A stretch of 19,436 bases of DNA, from IMG/VR virus record IMGVR_UViG_2529292972_000014; one strand, written 5' to 3'. Positions 16,215 to 19,436 of this stretch are shown here, one piece after another. This DNA comes from a virus (lineage: Duplodnaviria; Heunggongvirae; Uroviricota; Caudoviricetes). The notes under the pieces were generated by a model. It saw only the letters and a program-made list of their open reading frames with translations, had not been told where the DNA came from and searched no databases. How positions within the stretch are numbered: the stretch's first letter is position 1; every line of letters begins with the position of its first letter. The position numbers and the translations under genes are program-made.

Positions 16215-16580
16215 TCACTGAACACGGGTACTGGAGGCGCTGGCGAACTTCACGGAGATCTCCCCGCCACCGTCAAGCGAGGCCGGTTCACTGCTCCAGG
16301 CCTTCGTCATCATGTGGACTTCGCCGGTATCCGCCACAAACTCGATAGTGACCGCAGTCCAGTTGTTGATTTCATCGGCGGCTGGTGAACCTTCTCCGCC
16401 TGCCGGAAATTTGCAGTCCAGCGTCGCTTCACGTGGTTTCTGGCGGTAACCATAGACTTTCGCGCCTTTCACCACTTCACGTTCAAAACCAGACGGAGAA
16501 AATGTAGCCCCCTCAAGCGTCTCGTATTCCTGACCGTTCACACGGATAGTGGCCGTACCCTGATACTGTTTTCCGCTCAT
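16215..16580 (-). CDS. Tail tube protein
   Basis: 121 aa, immediately downstream of the sheath gene; size and position typical of Mu-like tube proteins. Confidence 0.75.
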   Translation of the reverse strand: MSGKQYQGTATIRVNGQEYETLEGATFSPSGFEREVVKGAKVYGYRQKPREATLDCKFPAGGEGSPAADEINNWTAVTIEFVADTGEVHMMTKAWSSEPASLDGGGEISVKFASASSTRVQ

Positions 16581-16588
16581 GCCTTACC

Positions 16589-18091
16589 TCACAAAATGAA
16601 ACGGATCTGTGCTGCCAGGAAGCGGAACTGGTTAACCAGATCCGGCGTGCATAACACGTCAAGACGGTTTCGATCTGACGCATTACGCTCCACAAGCAGA
16701 TTCTTTTTAAAGGTGTCCAGATTTTCGACCAGCCCGAGTTCCACCCACTCTTCACCCAGCGAAATTAACTGAAGCTTCATGATCTCCGGCGTCACGATAT
16801 TCTGACCGGCACGAACGGGCGTCCCGTCATCAGCCAGTTTATGGCGCGGAAAACGTTGTGTGATAAAAGTACGCAGGGAATAACGCAGCCAGGAGAGGGT
16901 GTAGATGGTTTCCACATCCAGATAGCTGGGATCACTTTCGCCGTACACGTTCTGGCGATACATGGTCACCTGACGTTCGATCTGAACCACATCACCGGCA
17001 GCCACACTGACCGTGGCAATCCCTCCCCACAGCAGACTGTTACGCTCTTCACGCGTCAGACGATCGGCCGGAGCCGGGGCCATGCGTGACGGAAGCGCCA
17101 GCGTCTGAAGCGGACGCGCAGGATCTGCTCCCAGAGAGGGTGCACAGGTGGCACAGACCGCCGCTGCCCAGAGGTAATCCGGTTCAGGGGCTTTGGGAAT
17201 GGATGTGCAGGTCGCCAGAAAATCATTGCGTTTTGCCCCGAATGCCTGCACCTCACCAAACGTGCCGGTATGTGCCAGCCACAGCACGCCGTCAGACATT
17301 TTGGCCGGTCCCCAGCGTTTCAGAAGCTCATCACTGATGATTTTCAGGTTTGCATCATCCTTATAGGGCATGACGACATAGTTGTACTGGCGATCGCCCA
17401 TACCCGCCACGCTTCGGGTGATATCCGGGTTAGCCGCTTTTTGTTTCGGATAGGCTATAGCGACCTGTATTCCTTCCGGGGTTGCTTCCCCGTCGTGATA
17501 GTTCAGGCGCACATCATGAACGGAGCATTCACCGGTAAAGCGGGCGGTGATCCCCAGAGACCCTTTCAGACCTGCGCCATTATCACCACTTCCTGCACCA
17601 GAGGAGGCCGTGAAGGGCGCGTCAGGATCGGCATTGATCAGCGCGGCCAGCTCGTCGGTCAGTTCTTTGCCTTTCTTACCTTTTGGTGCCGGGAGTGTAT
17701 AACGCCGCCCCCCCACGCAGGCATAAACAATCCCGTCACGGGTGACCGTTCCGGTCAGATTCATGGCCGCAGCCGTTGCCTGTCCGGTGCCGTTCCCCTG
17801 AGCAATGGCATACAGTTCAGCATCAGGATTGATGGCGATAAATTCCGCCACCATCAGGGCAATCATGGAGCCGCGCCCCCAGAGTTCTGTTGCCTGAGAC
17901 GCACGGGTGATCCTGACCGGAACATCCAGAACACCGGCACCGTCCACGGCATTCTCTTTCATTCTCGCCTGACCAAACAGCAGCACACACTGACGCTGTG
18001 CCGGAGTGCCGGTGACAGCCATGGAGTTATTAAACTCAACCTCAATCAGCGGTATACGGCGGTCATTACCGATCCCGTCAAAATTAATCAT
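16589..18091 (-). CDS. Contractile tail sheath protein
   Basis: 500 aa; position between the gp38-like gene and the tube gene, matching Mu gpL size and order. Confidence 0.8.
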   Translation of the reverse strand: MINFDGIGNDRRIPLIEVEFNNSMAVTGTPAQRQCVLLFGQARMKENAVDGAGVLDVPVRITRASQATELWGRGSMIALMVAEFIAINPDAELYAIAQGNGTGQATAAAMNLTGTVTRDGIVYACVGGRRYTLPAPKGKKGKELTDELAALINADPDAPFTASSGAGSGDNGAGLKGSLGITARFTGECSVHDVRLNYHDGEATPEGIQVAIAYPKQKAANPDITRSVAGMGDRQYNYVVMPYKDDANLKIISDELLKRWGPAKMSDGVLWLAHTGTFGEVQAFGAKRNDFLATCTSIPKAPEPDYLWAAAVCATCAPSLGADPARPLQTLALPSRMAPAPADRLTREERNSLLWGGIATVSVAAGDVVQIERQVTMYRQNVYGESDPSYLDVETIYTLSWLRYSLRTFITQRFPRHKLADDGTPVRAGQNIVTPEIMKLQLISLGEEWVELGLVENLDTFKKNLLVERNASDRNRLDVLCTPDLVNQFRFLAAQIRFIL

Positions 18092-18333
18092 TGCGGTTTC
18101 TCCTTATCGGATGCCGGTTGGGCGACCGGTTTTTCTGTCGCAGTCGTTGCATCCGCAGATACAGCCGGAGCCTCTTCAGCGGCTTTTTCAGCCTGAATGA
18201 CATCGCCGTCATCAAGACGCCGACACCAGAACGGCGTAAAGGGCTTTTCCTCCCCCTCCTGTGCCAGCGGGCGCATTGTGTCGGGATCACGAATCAGGCG
18301 TCCCGGCGCGGGTTTGATAAAGATGGTTTTCAT
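18088..18333 (-). CDS. Mu gp38-like protein (DUF2635-type small protein)
   Basis: 81 aa; stop overlaps the sheath start; synteny. Confidence 0.55.
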   Translation of the reverse strand: MKTIFIKPAPGRLIRDPDTMRPLAQEGEEKPFTPFWCRRLDDGDVIQAEKAAEEAPAVSADATTATEKPVAQPASDKEKPQ

Positions 18334-18894
18334 TTACAGTTCCTCCGGCGGTTCGACCGCCGTTGTCGTGTTCCCCGGCAAATCAATATGTGCCTCAAAC
18401 GGCGGCGTACCGGGCGGCTCCACAAAGGTTTCGTAATGACGCAGGAAGTCGTCCAGCGAGCTGGTATCGGTCAGCGGTGCGATCATTTCCTCGCAGGAGA
18501 AATAAAGCGCATACATCACCGCACCACTGTCCGCCTGGGTTTCGGTGTAACCGTTGACCGCCTTTTCAAAGTAAAGCGGTGAGGTTTTTTCTGTTCTGAA
18601 GCCGTTAAGCACGGCAATCAGCCGGGCCACAATCTGATACAGTCCGGGACGGCTGGCCTCACGCCCGTTGAGCATGTCGCCGATGACGTAGAACACCCAG
18701 TGACTGACCAGGCGACCACGGGTACGGCCTTCACCGGCACCCAGCCAGGCAACGTAGATCGCCGGGGCGTTAATCAGCATGGTGCGCAGTACGCTGTCGC
18801 TCCAGTCGCCGGGATGCGTGTCAACAGACACCAGTTCATTCCCGAAATACTCACGGATACGGGCGATGTATGCCTGTTCGGTTTCCGTAATCAT
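18334..18894 (-). CDS. Mu gp37-like protein (DUF1834-type, head-tail joining/neck region)
   Basis: 186 aa; synteny with gp36/gp38. Confidence 0.55.
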   Translation of the reverse strand: MITETEQAYIARIREYFGNELVSVDTHPGDWSDSVLRTMLINAPAIYVAWLGAGEGRTRGRLVSHWVFYVIGDMLNGREASRPGLYQIVARLIAVLNGFRTEKTSPLYFEKAVNGYTETQADSGAVMYALYFSCEEMIAPLTDTSSLDDFLRHYETFVEPPGTPPFEAHIDLPGNTTTAVEPPEEL

Positions 18895-19310
18895 ATGAAG
18901 CCCTTCTGGTTGCGCCCGAATACCGCTGCATCAGACTGAACCTGTGGTAAATCCCCGGATTCAGGGGCCGCACCGTTCGTATCCACACCGACCGGCACAT
19001 TGCCGTTCATGACATCTTTCAGCCAGGCCAGCGCTTCACGGTAACGGTCACGCGCCTGATCGGAGGCTCGCTGATCGCACAGGTAATAAAAGGCAATCGC
19101 GCAACAGTGCTGAACAAGAACGGCCGGAATAACCTCCAGCGGCAACGTGTAACGGGCGGACAGATAGCTGTCGATAAGGGCTGACGCATCTGTCAGCGCC
19201 CGGTTCAGCTTGCGCGTGTCCGGCTCATCCGAACGGGGCACAGCCAGTAACGGCCTGAGCAAATCCTCGCGGTAACGCGCCCGCATATCGGTTTCAGTGG
19301 CGTAATTCAT
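18891..19310 (-). CDS. Mu gp36-like protein (DUF1320-type)
   Basis: 139 aa; ATG at 19310 overlaps the upstream gene stop (gcatga). Confidence 0.55.
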   Translation of the reverse strand: MNYATETDMRARYREDLLRPLLAVPRSDEPDTRKLNRALTDASALIDSYLSARYTLPLEVIPAVLVQHCCAIAFYYLCDQRASDQARDRYREALAWLKDVMNGNVPVGVDTNGAAPESGDLPQVQSDAAVFGRNQKGFI

Positions 19311-19436
19311 GCACGGGCCTGTTCCGCTTTGTTACCGGTCTTTTTCCGGGGAGCATCCTGTCCGGCTTCGGCTTCGGCTTCGGCTTCGGCTTCGGCTTCG
19401 GCTTCGGCTTCGGCTTCGGCTTCGGCTTCGGCTTCG
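19307..19436 (-). CDS. Partial CDS (3' end only; gene continues beyond the window): head-module protein with C-terminal (Glu-Ala)n repeat
   Basis: Frame open across the whole repeat; translates ...(EA)n EAGQDAPRKKTGNKAEQARA-stop, with the stop overlapping the next gene's ATG. Confidence 0.5.
   Translation of the reverse strand, partial: EAEAEAEAEAEAEAEAEAEAEAEAGQDAPRKKTGNKAEQARA
19364..19436. repeat. Hexanucleotide tandem repeat (GGCTTC/GCTTCG)n, at least 12 copies, truncated by the window edge
   Basis: Read directly: ggcttcggcttcggcttc... from 19364 to the end of the window. Confidence 0.95.

Larger units (their letters stand above)
1512..19436. mobile_element. Mu-like transposable prophage, right arm (continues beyond the window's right edge); left boundary approximate, within about 1480-1530
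   Basis: Gene order on the minus strand matches the Mu late region through S/U-type fibre, invertible segment, gin, com-mom and the end. The adjacent host gene is truncated. Candidate terminal TG dinucleotides at 1481 and 1512, followed by repeated TGATAC motifs. Confidence 0.6.

Noticed and set aside
9231-18582. Many plus-strand ORFs of 60-308 aa overlapping the tail and baseplate genes (for example 10964..11767, 17270..18196, 18091..18582, 12856..13236, 13760..14137, 9740..10036)
   Set aside because: They are antisense to a continuous, syntenic, translationally coupled block of minus-strand structural genes, and have Arg/Pro/Cys/His-rich compositions typical of spurious frames in GC-rich coding DNA.
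19364-19436. Considered whether the GCTTCG repeat array could be a CRISPR array
   Set aside because: Units are 6 bp and perfectly contiguous with no spacers; it is a simple sequence repeat inside a coding frame.
1-19436. Looked for tRNA or tmRNA genes and an integrase at the prophage boundary
   Set aside because: None evident by eye. This is consistent with a transposable Mu-like phage, which does not use tRNA attachment sites, but I cannot run a tRNA scan, so absence is not proven.

Overview
This window is the right arm (about 18 kb) of a Mu-like transposable myovirus prophage plus about 1.5 kb of host flank. All phage genes are on the minus strand in Mu late-gene order: gp36-like, gp37-like, gp38-like, tail sheath, tail tube, tail assembly chaperone, tape measure, DNA-circulation protein, gpD-like hub, gpV-like spike, gp25/GPW-like wedge, baseplate J-like, gp48-like, tail fibre. 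The arm ends with a Gin/Pin-type invertible tail-fibre switch (two gix-like crossover sites at 6494-6519 and 7869-7894, about 1.37 kb between them), the serine invertase gene, and an overlapping com-mom DNA-modification operon at the prophage terminus. The most interesting part is a roughly 3.2 kb accessory insert between the invertase and com-mom, where Mu itself has nothing. It contains a 679-aa esterase with a GQSN...QGE motif pattern (NanS-p-like, SGNH/SASA type) and a lectin-like C-terminal domain, a 60-aa predicted membrane protein, an 81-aa acidic protein, a divergent small zinc-ribbon ORF, and several stem-loops including terminator-like hairpins on the strand opposite to the genes. 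The host flank carries a LysR-family regulator fragment lacking its N-terminal HTH (apparently the insertion target) and a GPW/gp25-family TssE-like gene behind a very AT-rich region. The right window edge runs into a (GCTTCG)n hexanucleotide repeat encoding (Glu-Ala)n in a partial head-module gene. All protein assignments rest on recalled family motifs and gene order, not on database searches.
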